From NCBI GenBank assembly GCA_041690595.1, contig JAWLHB010000008.1, positions 124,001-188,000 on the forward strand: a stretch of 64,000 nt of DNA, written 5' to 3'. The DNA comes from Lentisphaeria bacterium (GTDB lineage: Bacteria; Verrucomicrobiota; Lentisphaeria; JABSQK01; JAWLHB01). Below, one piece after another: positions 27,960 through 37,209 of the stretch. A model generated the notes under the pieces. It saw only the letters and a program-made list of their open reading frames with translations. It made no database searches and was not told the DNA's origin. A program made the position numbers and the translations under genes. Each line of letters opens with the position of its first letter. Within the stretch, counting starts at the first letter, position 1.

Positions 27960-30900
27960 ATGCGAGCCCGAAACCCTCACCTGCTCGCAGCCATTCTGCT
28001 TTCGGTAGCGGTCAGCCTGACCGCTACCGAAATGAAACGCATCCCCGCCAGCAGCTACCAGCGGAGCGACGGCAAGACGATCAAGGTCGATGCGTTCAGC
28101 ATGCAGAGCACGGAAGTGACCTGGTCGCACTACCAGGCAGTGAGGGCTTGGGGCGAACAGCATGGCTATGCGTTCGAGGAAGGCATCGGCCAGGCCACCT
28201 TGCCGGCCCAGAACATCATGTGGTACGACGCGGCAAAATGGTGCAACGCCCTCAGCGAGATGACCGGCAAGACACCCGTCTACCAACCCGCCGGAGACGT
28301 CTACAGGAAAGGCCGCATCGACCTGGTTGGCGCTGACGTCAAATGGGACGCTGACGGTTATCGCCTGCCCACGGAGGCAGAATGGGAGTACGCTTATCGC
28401 GCGGGCACGACCACGACATTCTACTGGGGCGACTACCCGCGCCAGGGCGTCCCGATTAATGCGGAACATGCCGCCTATCACTTCTGGGGCACCGACGAGA
28501 TCGATGGCGGGCCGTTGGCGGTTGCCTCCAAGAAGCCCAATGCGTTCGGTCTGCACGACATGGCTGGCAACGTCGAGGAATGGGTGTGGGACCGCTACGC
28601 CATCGACTACGAGCAGGTCGGCACCGATAATCCGCATGGACCGGACGCCGGACACTGGCGCGTCATGCGCGGCGGCAGCTTCGTCATCGACCGGCTCTTC
28701 ACCGCCGACACGCGGCACCCGAGCTATCCATTCTGGATCAACTGCGATACGGGCTTCCGCATTGCCTCCAGCGATCCGGCCGCGGATGCCACGAAACTGG
28801 CAGCCATCGAAACCTTGCCGCTCCTGCCCAACGATGTCAATCCCTTCACTGAGCCACTGGTCGTGCTCGACATTCGCGAGCCGACGGACAAGGCCGCCTG
28901 CGAACGCCTGATCCCGCTGCTCGACCTGAGCCACCCGAACCTTACCGCCGTGTGCGCCGCCTATGAAGAGCAGCAATACGCCGCCGCCCTGACGGCCCTG
29001 CGCGACCTGCTTGTCCCTCGCCTGAAAGCCAGTCATCTCGAACCCATACAAAGCAACTACGTGAACAAAGATGAAGCCGACAAGTGGTTGGCGATCCACC
29101 AGGAGAAGCGCTCCATCCGCTGGGCCGGACCCGGCACGGATCTGGCGGTCTCCTGGGACTACTGCGTCAACACCCATCTGGCTAAAGCGTGGGCACGCTG
29201 GCCGGAGAAAACCGAGTACGCCGACGCCTTCTTCTGGATGCTCGACGATGTCGTACGCCGGGCAAAGCCCATCTGGAACCGTCTGACCAAGGCCGAAAAG
29301 GGCTCCGGCGGCCAGCCGCGCGACAGCTTCTACATGTTCATCGGCTTCGATGGGGGACATCCGTTGCTGCCGTTTGATAATCTGGCCTGGATGCTGCGTC
29401 ACGGTTACCCGGAGGCGGACGTGCCGCCGCGCATCCTGGCCGATACCCTCTCCTACGCGATTACCGACTGCCTTGGCGCCGGGTTGCAGGACGACCGCGG
29501 CAATGTCTCCAACCAGGTATGGGGCAATGCCATGGCCATCATCGAGTTCGCTCAGCTCTTCCCGGAGGTGAAGGACGCCGCCGAACTGCGCGCCGAAGGT
29601 ATCCACCGTGTCCGCAAAGCCGTGGGCACCGTCATGCCCGACGGCACCGACCTGGAAGCGTCGCTGAACTACAACATGCGCCTGTTTGGCGACCGAAAAA
29701 AGCTTAACAACCTCTTCCCCGACCGCGACAACTGGCCGGAGTGGCTCGTCGAGCTTAATCGCCGCACCGACTATCGCTATTACATGTACGCCTCACTGGC
29801 GACACCATTTGCCACCTATCCAGCCGTCGGTAATCAGCAGCCAACCGATGTCCGCGCTCGCAAGTATCTTAAGCAGCACGTGGCCGATGGCGATCTCGAC
29901 GGGCTGAAGAATGCCATGACGCAGCTGCTCGCGTCCGTCGACGAGCGCCCTGTGGCCGGCTCCGAGCCGGCCTTTACCTCCGTCGGCCTGCCGCACGGCG
30001 GCTACTACGTTCAGCGCTCCGGCTGGACACCGGACGACCTCTACCTCTTCATGCGCTCCAGCCGCGACGGTGTCGGCCACGGCCACCACGACAACAACAG
30101 CATCCAAGTGGCGGCCTATGGCGCGTGGTTGCTGCTCGACAGTGGTTCGCCAGCCTACGGTGCGCGCCACCTGCCGGACCACCAGAAGAAATACGTGCAC
30201 TACTTCGGTGCGCCCCGCATCGGTCATATCTTCATGGCCAATGGCCTGTCGGTAGACGGTCTCGTCCAGGGAGCCCCAGCAGTCAAACCGGCCAACACCA
30301 CCGCCGGCTTTGAGACGCCCCGGCGCAACCTGTTGCACCACTCCGCCCAATTCGACCTCACCGAGGGCGTCTACGACGGCGGGTTTCACTCTGAACCTCC
30401 GGTCAGCGATAAGAGCATGGCAAAACTGGTCGACGATTACGGCATCGACGAATGCGCCGAGATCATCGCCTACAACACCAGGCTCAAACGCGAAGGCGAA
30501 CGAAAGCTGCGCGCCGTTCACCGGCGCCTCGCCATCTTCCTCCGTCAGGAAAAATTCTGGGTGCTGGTCGACGAGATAGACGGCGGCAGCGAGTACATCC
30601 AGACCTGGAACTTTCCGCCCGTCGACCGCGGGCTGAACCACACCACGTACTTTCTCGAGCCTAGCGACGAGGATCTCTACTATGGCAAACAGATAACGCA
30701 GGGCTACACGCCCAGTGAAGTGCGCAGCGACGAAACCAGGAAGATGATTGCCACGGTCAGCCACTACCGGCCCAACCTTGGCATCCTCAACTTCAATCCC
30801 GAGCCCGTGCGTTACACCCAGCACTACGGTGACATGTTCCCCTTCCGCGGTTGGCAAAGCTTCGGGATTGCCGGCGAGAAGGTGCCCGCCGTGCAGATGG

Positions 30901-31355
30901 AGGGTGCTTGGCGCGGCGACACGCCCATGGTCACCGCTCTCTATCCCATCGCCAAACGAGGCGGCCGCGACAGCACCCTCGATGCCGGCCTGGAAGGCTT
31001 CGCGGACCTCAGCGGCGACGACATCTCCGGCTTCACCTTCACCGGTAAGACGTCCTCCATCACCGTCCTGGCCGCACGCGAGCCCGCCATGCTCACCGCC
31101 GGGACGATCTCGGCAACCGCCACGTTCCTGCTGGTTCGCCAAGACGCAATGGGCAACCTGACCGGAATTGTCCTGGGGGCTGCCTCCCTGACCAATGCCG
31201 ATCGACCGATGCCGATAGTCAGTCCAGATTTTGAATTCAGCCTGCCCGCTGAAAGCGGAACCTTGGAACCTGGTGTTATCCCTATCCGACCACCGGAAAC
31301 CTTCCGTTGGCAGGACAATGGCGCTGGGCAATTGACGCCGCGGTATCAAGACTAA
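27960..31355 (+). CDS. Secreted modular protein: FGE-sulfatase/SUMF1-like domain plus heparinase II/III-like lyase core
   Basis: Signal peptide MRARNPHLLAAILLSVAVSLTA (alternative start 27918). FGE motifs 'TEVT', 'YRLPTEAEWEYA', 'PNAFGLHDMAGNVEEWVWD', 'RGGS', 'GFR'. Lyase motifs 'PDGTDLEASLNY', 'GGYYVQRSGW', 'GHGHHDNNSIQVAAYGAWLLLDSG'. Confidence 0.85.
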   Translation: MRARNPHLLAAILLSVAVSLTATEMKRIPASSYQRSDGKTIKVDAFSMQSTEVTWSHYQAVRAWGEQHGYAFEEGIGQATLPAQNIMWYDAAKWCNALSEMTGKTPVYQPAGDVYRKGRIDLVGADVKWDADGYRLPTEAEWEYAYRAGTTTTFYWGDYPRQGVPINAEHAAYHFWGTDEIDGGPLAVASKKPNAFGLHDMAGNVEEWVWDRYAIDYEQVGTDNPHGPDAGHWRVMRGGSFVIDRLFTADTRHPSYPFWINCDTGFRIASSDPAADATKLAAIETLPLLPNDVNPFTEPLVVLDIREPTDKAACERLIPLLDLSHPNLTAVCAAYEEQQYAAALTALRDLLVPRLKASHLEPIQSNYVNKDEADKWLAIHQEKRSIRWAGPGTDLAVSWDYCVNTHLAKAWARWPEKTEYADAFFWMLDDVVRRAKPIWNRLTKAEKGSGGQPRDSFYMFIGFDGGHPLLPFDNLAWMLRHGYPEADVPPRILADTLSYAITDCLGAGLQDDRGNVSNQVWGNAMAIIEFAQLFPEVKDAAELRAEGIHRVRKAVGTVMPDGTDLEASLNYNMRLFGDRKKLNNLFPDRDNWPEWLVELNRRTDYRYYMYASLATPFATYPAVGNQQPTDVRARKYLKQHVADGDLDGLKNAMTQLLASVDERPVAGSEPAFTSVGLPHGGYYVQRSGWTPDDLYLFMRSSRDGVGHGHHDNNSIQVAAYGAWLLLDSGSPAYGARHLPDHQKKYVHYFGAPRIGHIFMANGLSVDGLVQGAPAVKPANTTAGFETPRRNLLHHSAQFDLTEGVYDGGFHSEPPVSDKSMAKLVDDYGIDECAEIIAYNTRLKREGERKLRAVHRRLAIFLRQEKFWVLVDEIDGGSEYIQTWNFPPVDRGLNHTTYFLEPSDEDLYYGKQITQGYTPSEVRSDETRKMIATVSHYRPNLGILNFNPEPVRYTQHYGDMFPFRGWQSFGIAGEKVPAVQMEGAWRGDTPMVTALYPIAKRGGRDSTLDAGLEGFADLSGDDISGFTFTGKTSSITVLAAREPAMLTAGTISATATFLLVRQDAMGNLTGIVLGAASLTNADRPMPIVSPDFEFSLPAESGTLEPGVIPIRPPETFRWQDNGAGQLTPRYQD

Positions 31356-31396
31356 CTCGAAGAGGCCATCAGGGAATAAAAGGAAACCAAACCAAG

Positions 31397-34300
31397 ATGC
31401 ACACAACGAAACGTTTACTCTTGCTCGGCGTCGGCGCATTGCTGCTCGCCAACTCCATGCTCGCCGCGGCCGAAGATTCGGGGCAAGGACTGTCTAAGAA
31501 GCATCAGGCCGTCACCGCCATGCAACCGGTCGGCTATTGGCCGGCGGACGATGGCGTGAGCGACGTGCTGCATGATCTCTCACCGACCGGGAATCATGGG
31601 AAGATCAACCACGTCCCCTGGAATGGCGAGAAGAGATTACTCCACTTCACCGGCGCCTACCAATGGCTGGAGATTCCCAAACACAACGCCTACCAGACCC
31701 CGGCATTCTCCATGGGTGGGTGGGTGTTCTTTCGCTCCGACGTCATCGGTAGCGGCTGGGTCAATCGGCAGGGCATGCTGCTGATCGGCAACCGCCATTG
31801 GCTCAACGGCGTCGGCGTGCAGCTCTGTATCCGCAAACAGGAAACGATCGATGTGGTCAGCGACGGCACGGAAGACGTGATGGGAACCAGGCTCTTTGCG
31901 AGTTCCAAGAACGACGTGCGGGTGGAGCGAGCCTACGGCAGCCCCAACTTGGCAATCGGCAAATGGCATCATGTGCTCTACACCTTCGAACCCGAAAAGC
32001 AGCTCAGCGGGACGCCTGCCTCGCCCAACCTGGCGCCCTCCGCGACAGTGACCGCTTCGAATAACGATGGCCACCACAGCCGCGCGCCACGTAATGCCAT
32101 CGACGGAAATCCAGAGACCCACTGGATCTTCACGCCGGGTGCCGGGCCGGAAGCGGACACGCAGAAGTGGATTCAGCTCGACTTACCCCAGGAAACCGCG
32201 ATCAATCGGATTCGGTTGGTCAACCGCACAGGCAGCACCGACAACCTCAGGGCCGGCAAGCTGCATTTCAGTGACGGCAGCTCCATCGAGATACCAAACC
32301 TGGCCGAGGAATGGGATGCTCTCTTTGCGGACAAGATGGTGAAGTGGGTACGGTTCGAAGCTACCGAAAGTCATGGCACCGGGCCGGGCCTGACTGCGTT
32401 CGAAGTCTACAAGGAGGATTTCACGGTCTATCAGGAGGAAGGCGTCATCACCAACCCGCTTCGTGGTGAGACGATAACCGGAACTGGCAGGCTCTATCTG
32501 CACGGGCAGGTGATCGCCGAGAAAAAGGGCATTTCCTACAAACCCGCCGCCGCCAATCTGCAGATCGGCAACGATGCCTACTGGTGGCACCAGATGGTCA
32601 GCAAGTCCGGCTCGGTGGACGGCGCGGTGCGGGACATGGTCTGGTTCGACCGCGCGCTTTCCGGCGAAGAAGTGGCACACCTCCACGAAGCAACCAAACC
32701 CTCGGTAACGCCGGTTCTCTACGATAACACTGTGATTGTTCTGGACGGACGCGCCATCACGGTGAACGATCTGGCCTCCCTGCCGCCGACAACCCGCCGG
32801 ACCGCACTTCTGCTTTTCGGCCGCAAGGACTTGGCAACACTGCAGCCCTTGGTTGATTCCTTCCTGCCAATCCTGATCGCGGCTCTGGACGAGCCAAACT
32901 GCCAACTGCAGGCCATTCAATTGCTGCTCAAACTGGATCATGAAGCGACCCATGCAGCGCTGAGAAACGCCCTGCCCACGCTAATCGCCGCCGTGCAGGA
33001 TCAAGGAAAATCGCAGCAAGAGCGGGCCGACGCGGCCTTGGCTCTGGCCGCCATGGGCAAGGCCGCCGCCGATGCCGTGCCGGCGCTGGCTGAGACCCTC
33101 GACAAGCTCGTCACGAATGACGGTATTCAACCGCCACGGGTCGAGGAATTGCTGCGCAACGCCCTCACCCGAGCCTTGCTGGATATCGCACCGAACCATG
33201 AACGGGCTCAACACGTGATCGACCGAACTTTTGCCGGACCGCTGATGAAGACGGTTGACCTAACCAACTCAGCGCTTGCCAAGGCAACCAGCGCCAGCGA
33301 CCTGCGAGCTTTGATTGAAGCCGGAAAGCATCTGGAGGCCATGGACATCTATCGCAAGCTGCATCGTGACGAGCGTGAGTACTTCTTCAGCTACAGAGCG
33401 CCCCACCAGCTCGGCGATTACACAGCCACCGCACATTTCAATGGCGCCACCTACAAAGTGGGCACAGGCATTGCATGGCAAGGCGTCGAGAAGGTAACGG
33501 CGGAGGACTTTAAGGCCGTCGTCGCCGAGCAGGCCAGGCAGTACCCCGCCGCCAAGGCATGGCGCCAACCCGACGATGAGCACCTCTACCGGGTGCCGAT
33601 CACCAAGATCGGCGCCGACGGCGAGGCGCATACCGTCTATCTTGAAGGCCATAACTTCATTCTCGACGGCACCGACGCCAAGTGCCGCGGTTGGTCGATC
33701 TTTGTTGACGAGCTTGGCTACATCCATCTGATGGGCGGACAGCACAATGCGCCCAACCCCGATCACTACATCCCAGGCAGTTGGGAAGCGATGGGCGTTT
33801 CCCGCGACAGGAAGAATGACGACTACCCACTGCAAATGTACTGGGTTTCCAGCGAACCCGAGAGCATTGATTCGTTCAAGTTCGCCGGGCAACGAAGCAA
33901 TTCCCAGGCGATTCCTGCCTCGTACTTGAACTACATGGTCATCCTGCAGAGCCTTCGCAACGAAACGTTCATGTATGGCCGCGCGGATGCTTTCGGCTGG
34001 CAATGCTGGGGCATGTTCCGCTATGATGCCTCCACAAAGCGCTGGACACCTGTCGGTGGCGATCCGTATGATCTGATCGAATCCGCCCGCCGCCACGATG
34101 CGACATGGCTCAAGTACCTGCACGATCCGGTCCGCGGTTCGGTGCCCAAGGAACCCAGCGACATCCGCCGCCTGGTCTGGGCCTGGCAGCCGCCATTCTA
34201 CAACTTCTGCCGCGACGACTGGGGTGCTCGTTTCGACAAGACCGGCCGCATGCATGTGCGCATGACCATCTCCGGTCTCGACGGCGCCGGCTATGTGCGG

Positions 34301-34522
34301 CCCACCAGCGTCTATGCCTGGAGCGACGACCGCGGCGAGACCTTTCACCGCGCGGACGGTACGGAAATCAAGTTGCCACTGACTGTCAACCCCGCCCCCG
34401 AGCACAACGCCGAAATCGACCGTGACAATACCCTCCAGCACCACCATGGCAACCAATTCGCTACCCGCCAATGGTGGGAGCTGTGGCTCGGCCTTCTGCA
34501 TGACGCAGGCTATCGAATCTAA
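31397..34522 (+). CDS. Secreted modular protein: LamG (with inserted F5/8-type C domain), HEAT repeats, BNR/Asp-box beta-propeller (BNR_4-like)
   Basis: Signal MHTTKRLLLLGVGALLLANSMLA. LamG 'GYWPADDG', 'GKWHHVLYTF', 'DMVWFDRALSGEEV'. F5/8C 'NAIDGNPETHW', 'WIQLDL'. HEAT 'RADAALALAAMGKAAADAVPALAETL'. Propeller 'VDELGYIHLMGGQHN' and Asp-box 'SDDRGETF'. Confidence 0.8.
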   Translation: MHTTKRLLLLGVGALLLANSMLAAAEDSGQGLSKKHQAVTAMQPVGYWPADDGVSDVLHDLSPTGNHGKINHVPWNGEKRLLHFTGAYQWLEIPKHNAYQTPAFSMGGWVFFRSDVIGSGWVNRQGMLLIGNRHWLNGVGVQLCIRKQETIDVVSDGTEDVMGTRLFASSKNDVRVERAYGSPNLAIGKWHHVLYTFEPEKQLSGTPASPNLAPSATVTASNNDGHHSRAPRNAIDGNPETHWIFTPGAGPEADTQKWIQLDLPQETAINRIRLVNRTGSTDNLRAGKLHFSDGSSIEIPNLAEEWDALFADKMVKWVRFEATESHGTGPGLTAFEVYKEDFTVYQEEGVITNPLRGETITGTGRLYLHGQVIAEKKGISYKPAAANLQIGNDAYWWHQMVSKSGSVDGAVRDMVWFDRALSGEEVAHLHEATKPSVTPVLYDNTVIVLDGRAITVNDLASLPPTTRRTALLLFGRKDLATLQPLVDSFLPILIAALDEPNCQLQAIQLLLKLDHEATHAALRNALPTLIAAVQDQGKSQQERADAALALAAMGKAAADAVPALAETLDKLVTNDGIQPPRVEELLRNALTRALLDIAPNHERAQHVIDRTFAGPLMKTVDLTNSALAKATSASDLRALIEAGKHLEAMDIYRKLHRDEREYFFSYRAPHQLGDYTATAHFNGATYKVGTGIAWQGVEKVTAEDFKAVVAEQARQYPAAKAWRQPDDEHLYRVPITKIGADGEAHTVYLEGHNFILDGTDAKCRGWSIFVDELGYIHLMGGQHNAPNPDHYIPGSWEAMGVSRDRKNDDYPLQMYWVSSEPESIDSFKFAGQRSNSQAIPASYLNYMVILQSLRNETFMYGRADAFGWQCWGMFRYDASTKRWTPVGGDPYDLIESARRHDATWLKYLHDPVRGSVPKEPSDIRRLVWAWQPPFYNFCRDDWGARFDKTGRMHVRMTISGLDGAGYVRPTSVYAWSDDRGETFHRADGTEIKLPLTVNPAPEHNAEIDRDNTLQHHHGNQFATRQWWELWLGLLHDAGYRI

Positions 34523-34696
34523 CTCAGGAAAAGAACGCTGGAGCTGATTCTACGTAAGCGCCTGTTCAACAGCCTGCGGCTGGTTTCTGGCACCATGCCG
34601 TCGGTCGGCAACAACAGCTACGGTCGTGACCTGCGCGAAATCTTGTCATCCCCACCAGTTGGGAATCGCATAACGCCATCGCCAACGTGCGGATAA
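34523..34696 (+). pseudogene. Possible degenerate fragment of another heparinase II/III-like paralogue
   Basis: Short open frame with no upstream start. RKRLFNSLRLVSGTMPSVGN aligns without gaps to RYYMYASLATPFATYPAVGN of the 27960 protein (8/20 identical), followed by DLR versus DVR. Confidence 0.35.
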
Positions 34697-34808
34697 CCAC
34701 GAGGGCGAACAGATAACCTGTGGCGCGTCACTTGAACTCGCCAGGAATCCGGGAAATGTCTTGGGAGCTGGCGTTCACAAACACTGTACAACTGGAGGAG
34801 GCACACGC

Positions 34809-35759
34809 ATGACATCCCGTGAATTGGTCAAGGCGGCATTGGCGCATCAGGAAACAGAACGGGCTCCCTACTGCATTCTGACCACCGGCGAGACGAATGA
34901 CGAGATCAAGCGGACGTACGGAGTGGTCGATGTGGAGGAGTGGCTGGACAACGATATTTGCCAGGTGAGCCCCCCCTGGTGGAACTGGCATGAATTGGCG
35001 GCGGATTGGCGGGAACTCGATACCCCAATCACACCAGCGAAAGTACAAGGACGCGGCAGCTATGAGGCGTTGGCCGAACGCGTCAAAACCGTGCGCGAAA
35101 GCTCCGATAAATACATCCTGGCCATGTTCTACGGCAGCCATTTCGAGAAAGCCAATTTTGCCAGGGGCATCGAGAATTTCCTGTGCGACATCGCCCGTGA
35201 TCCTGATTTCGCCAAGCAGCTTTGCACCCAGATCATCGACCGCAATATGGTCATGCTGGAAAACATTCTCAGCTTCGACGAGATCGACGGCGTATTGCTG
35301 GGCAGCGACTGGGGATCCCAGCAGGCGCCGCTGATGTCACCCGCCACCTGGGATCACCTGATCCGGCCGGGTGAACAGCGCGAGTACGACTTGATCCGTG
35401 CCGCCGGCAAGGATGTCTGGGTGCATTCGTGCGGCTGCATCACGCCGCTCATACCACGCCTCATCGACATGGGCTTGGACGCACTCAACCCGATCCAGCC
35501 GGAATGCATGGACATTGCCAGATTGAAAGCGGACTATGGCGATAAGCTGACCTTCTGGGGTGGACTCAGCACCCAGCAGACGCTGCCCAACGGCACCCCC
35601 GATGACGTACGCCGGGAGGCCAGGCGAATTCGTGACATGATGAGTCGCGGCGGCGGCTACATCTTCGCCCCTGCCCAAGCCATCCAAGGGGATGTGCCCC
35701 TGCCCAATATCGAAGTCGTCCTTGAGGTCGCCCGCGAACCGCGAGGAGAAGGGGCGTGA
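34809..35759 (+). CDS. URO-D / MtaA-CmuA superfamily protein (URO-D-2)
   Basis: GGAGGAGG RBS; 'MTSRELVKAAL', 'GSDWGSQQAPLMSP', 'VHSCG', 'LNPIQPE', 'FWGGLSTQ', 'GGYIFAP'. Confidence 0.9.
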   Translation: MTSRELVKAALAHQETERAPYCILTTGETNDEIKRTYGVVDVEEWLDNDICQVSPPWWNWHELAADWRELDTPITPAKVQGRGSYEALAERVKTVRESSDKYILAMFYGSHFEKANFARGIENFLCDIARDPDFAKQLCTQIIDRNMVMLENILSFDEIDGVLLGSDWGSQQAPLMSPATWDHLIRPGEQREYDLIRAAGKDVWVHSCGCITPLIPRLIDMGLDALNPIQPECMDIARLKADYGDKLTFWGGLSTQQTLPNGTPDDVRREARRIRDMMSRGGGYIFAPAQAIQGDVPLPNIEVVLEVAREPRGEGA

Positions 35760-35827
35760 TTCCGCCCCCAACCGGTGAAGTACGACCGCTCGCCTTGCAA
35801 AAAAAGCAGGAAGAATGAGGATCAGGA

Positions 35828-37078
35828 ATGACACACATGAAAGCTGTATCGGTACGAGATCGTGACATTTTGAGGCAGCGGGCGCAGATCCAACTCGACT
35901 ATGCCCATTCCACGCAGAACGAGTTCATCCTTAATAAGTGGCGGGCGCAAGCCGAAGGGCGACGCGAATCTCCACCCGTTCGGTTGTTGTTCTCGAATTT
36001 CCGCCACGAGGTAATCACCCCGCGCCTGCAATGCGAAAGTGAAACGGCGCGCGGAATCGAAGCCGCCCTGCTCGGAACGCTGGTCGGGCGCGAGCTTTTT
36101 GACGATGACACGCCGGTACCGTCAACCTTCAACATGACTTGGCATACCCATGTGCGCCCGTTCGGCATCTCACCCCACATCACGCGTGCCCAAGGTACAA
36201 ACGCACAGGGATTCCACATCGATCCGGTCATCACGGACCTGGACTCAGAGATAGACAAGCTGCGCGGCGGCTCTTTCAGCGTGGACCGCGAGGCCACGGC
36301 CCGGCAGCGTGAATTGGTGGAAGAACTCGTCGGGGACATCTTGCCGGTGCGCATGGTCATGGGCAGCCTTCCGGGGTCGATCACGAACCCGCTTGTCCAC
36401 CTGATGGGCATGGAGGCCTATTACATGGCCATGTACGATTCCCCGGGCGCCGTGCATGAGGCCACGGAGATGGCAACCAGGGTCTATGAAGCCTTCTACG
36501 AGTTTCTCGAAAAGGAGCAGCTGTTGCTGCCAACGAATGGCTTCAGTCCTTTGGCCCAGGAATCCTTCGCTTTCACCAGTGAACTGCCTTCTGATCACGT
36601 GACGAGAACCACACAATGCTGGGGCTTTCTTGAATCGCAGGAGACGACGGCGGTTTCGGCGGAGACCTTTGGCGAATTCGTTTTCCCATACCAGCAACGC
36701 CTTGTCGACCGCTTCGGCCTGCTCTCCTATGGGTGCTGCGAACGCGTCGACGCCATCTGGCCGGACTACCTGTCAAAGTGGTCCAAGCTGCGCAAGCTGT
36801 CGGTCTCCCCGTTCAACAATGAATCGCGTATCGGTGAATACCTGCGTGGCAGCCGAATTGTCTATTACAGCAAGCCGCGGGCCGAATTCGTCACCTGTGA
36901 TGGAACGCTCAACGACAACGCCATCACGACTTATTTTAAGGGAGTTTGCGAGGCGGCGAGCGGCTGTCTGTTCGAGATTGCGCAACGCGAGGTCGGGACG
37001 ATCTTCGGTGATTTCGAGCGTGGCCGTCACTATGTCCGCCTGGCCAGGCAAGCTGTCGACGCCTACTGGCGCCCCTGA
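35828..37078 (+). CDS. Conserved hypothetical protein, divergent URO-D-like barrel (YGCCE type)
   Basis: 'LMGMEAYYMAMYDSP', 'ESQETTAVSAETFGEFVFPYQ', 'SYGCCE', 'LRKLSVSP', 'SKP'. These mirror URO-D superfamily motifs. Confidence 0.65.
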   Translation: MTHMKAVSVRDRDILRQRAQIQLDYAHSTQNEFILNKWRAQAEGRRESPPVRLLFSNFRHEVITPRLQCESETARGIEAALLGTLVGRELFDDDTPVPSTFNMTWHTHVRPFGISPHITRAQGTNAQGFHIDPVITDLDSEIDKLRGGSFSVDREATARQRELVEELVGDILPVRMVMGSLPGSITNPLVHLMGMEAYYMAMYDSPGAVHEATEMATRVYEAFYEFLEKEQLLLPTNGFSPLAQESFAFTSELPSDHVTRTTQCWGFLESQETTAVSAETFGEFVFPYQQRLVDRFGLLSYGCCERVDAIWPDYLSKWSKLRKLSVSPFNNESRIGEYLRGSRIVYYSKPRAEFVTCDGTLNDNAITTYFKGVCEAASGCLFEIAQREVGTIFGDFERGRHYVRLARQAVDAYWRP

Positions 37079-37147
37079 CCTTGACATGGCGTAGTTCAAA
37101 CCAGATGCCGCTACTCCGGCGGGGGCGGCCGGGAGAGCTGCCGGCAA

Positions 37148-37203
37148 TAATTTCATAATTTCCAAACTTACATCTTGAAATTAATCGGTGTGTTGCGTAT
37201 ACT
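37148..37203 (+). promoter_or_regulatory. Promoter/operator of LacI-3: TTGAAA-N17-TATACT with inverted repeat TAATTTCA-N20-TGAAATTA, probably leaderless
   Basis: -35 at 37175-37180 and -10 at 37198-37203. The ATG is 6 nt later with no SD. IR arms at 37148-37155 and 37176-37183. Confidence 0.65.
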
Positions 37204-37209
37204 TTTTTC

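Noticed and set aside
28660..28775. FGE/CLec-fold domain ending in GFR as a diversity-generating retroelement target
   Set aside because: No reverse transcriptase, no Avd and no adenine-variant template repeat were seen in the window, and the domain is N-terminal rather than C-terminal.
37081..37145. TTGACA hexamer and a GC-rich hairpin after the YGCCE gene as promoter/terminator
   Set aside because: No -10 at proper spacing; the hairpin has a long loop and no U-tract.
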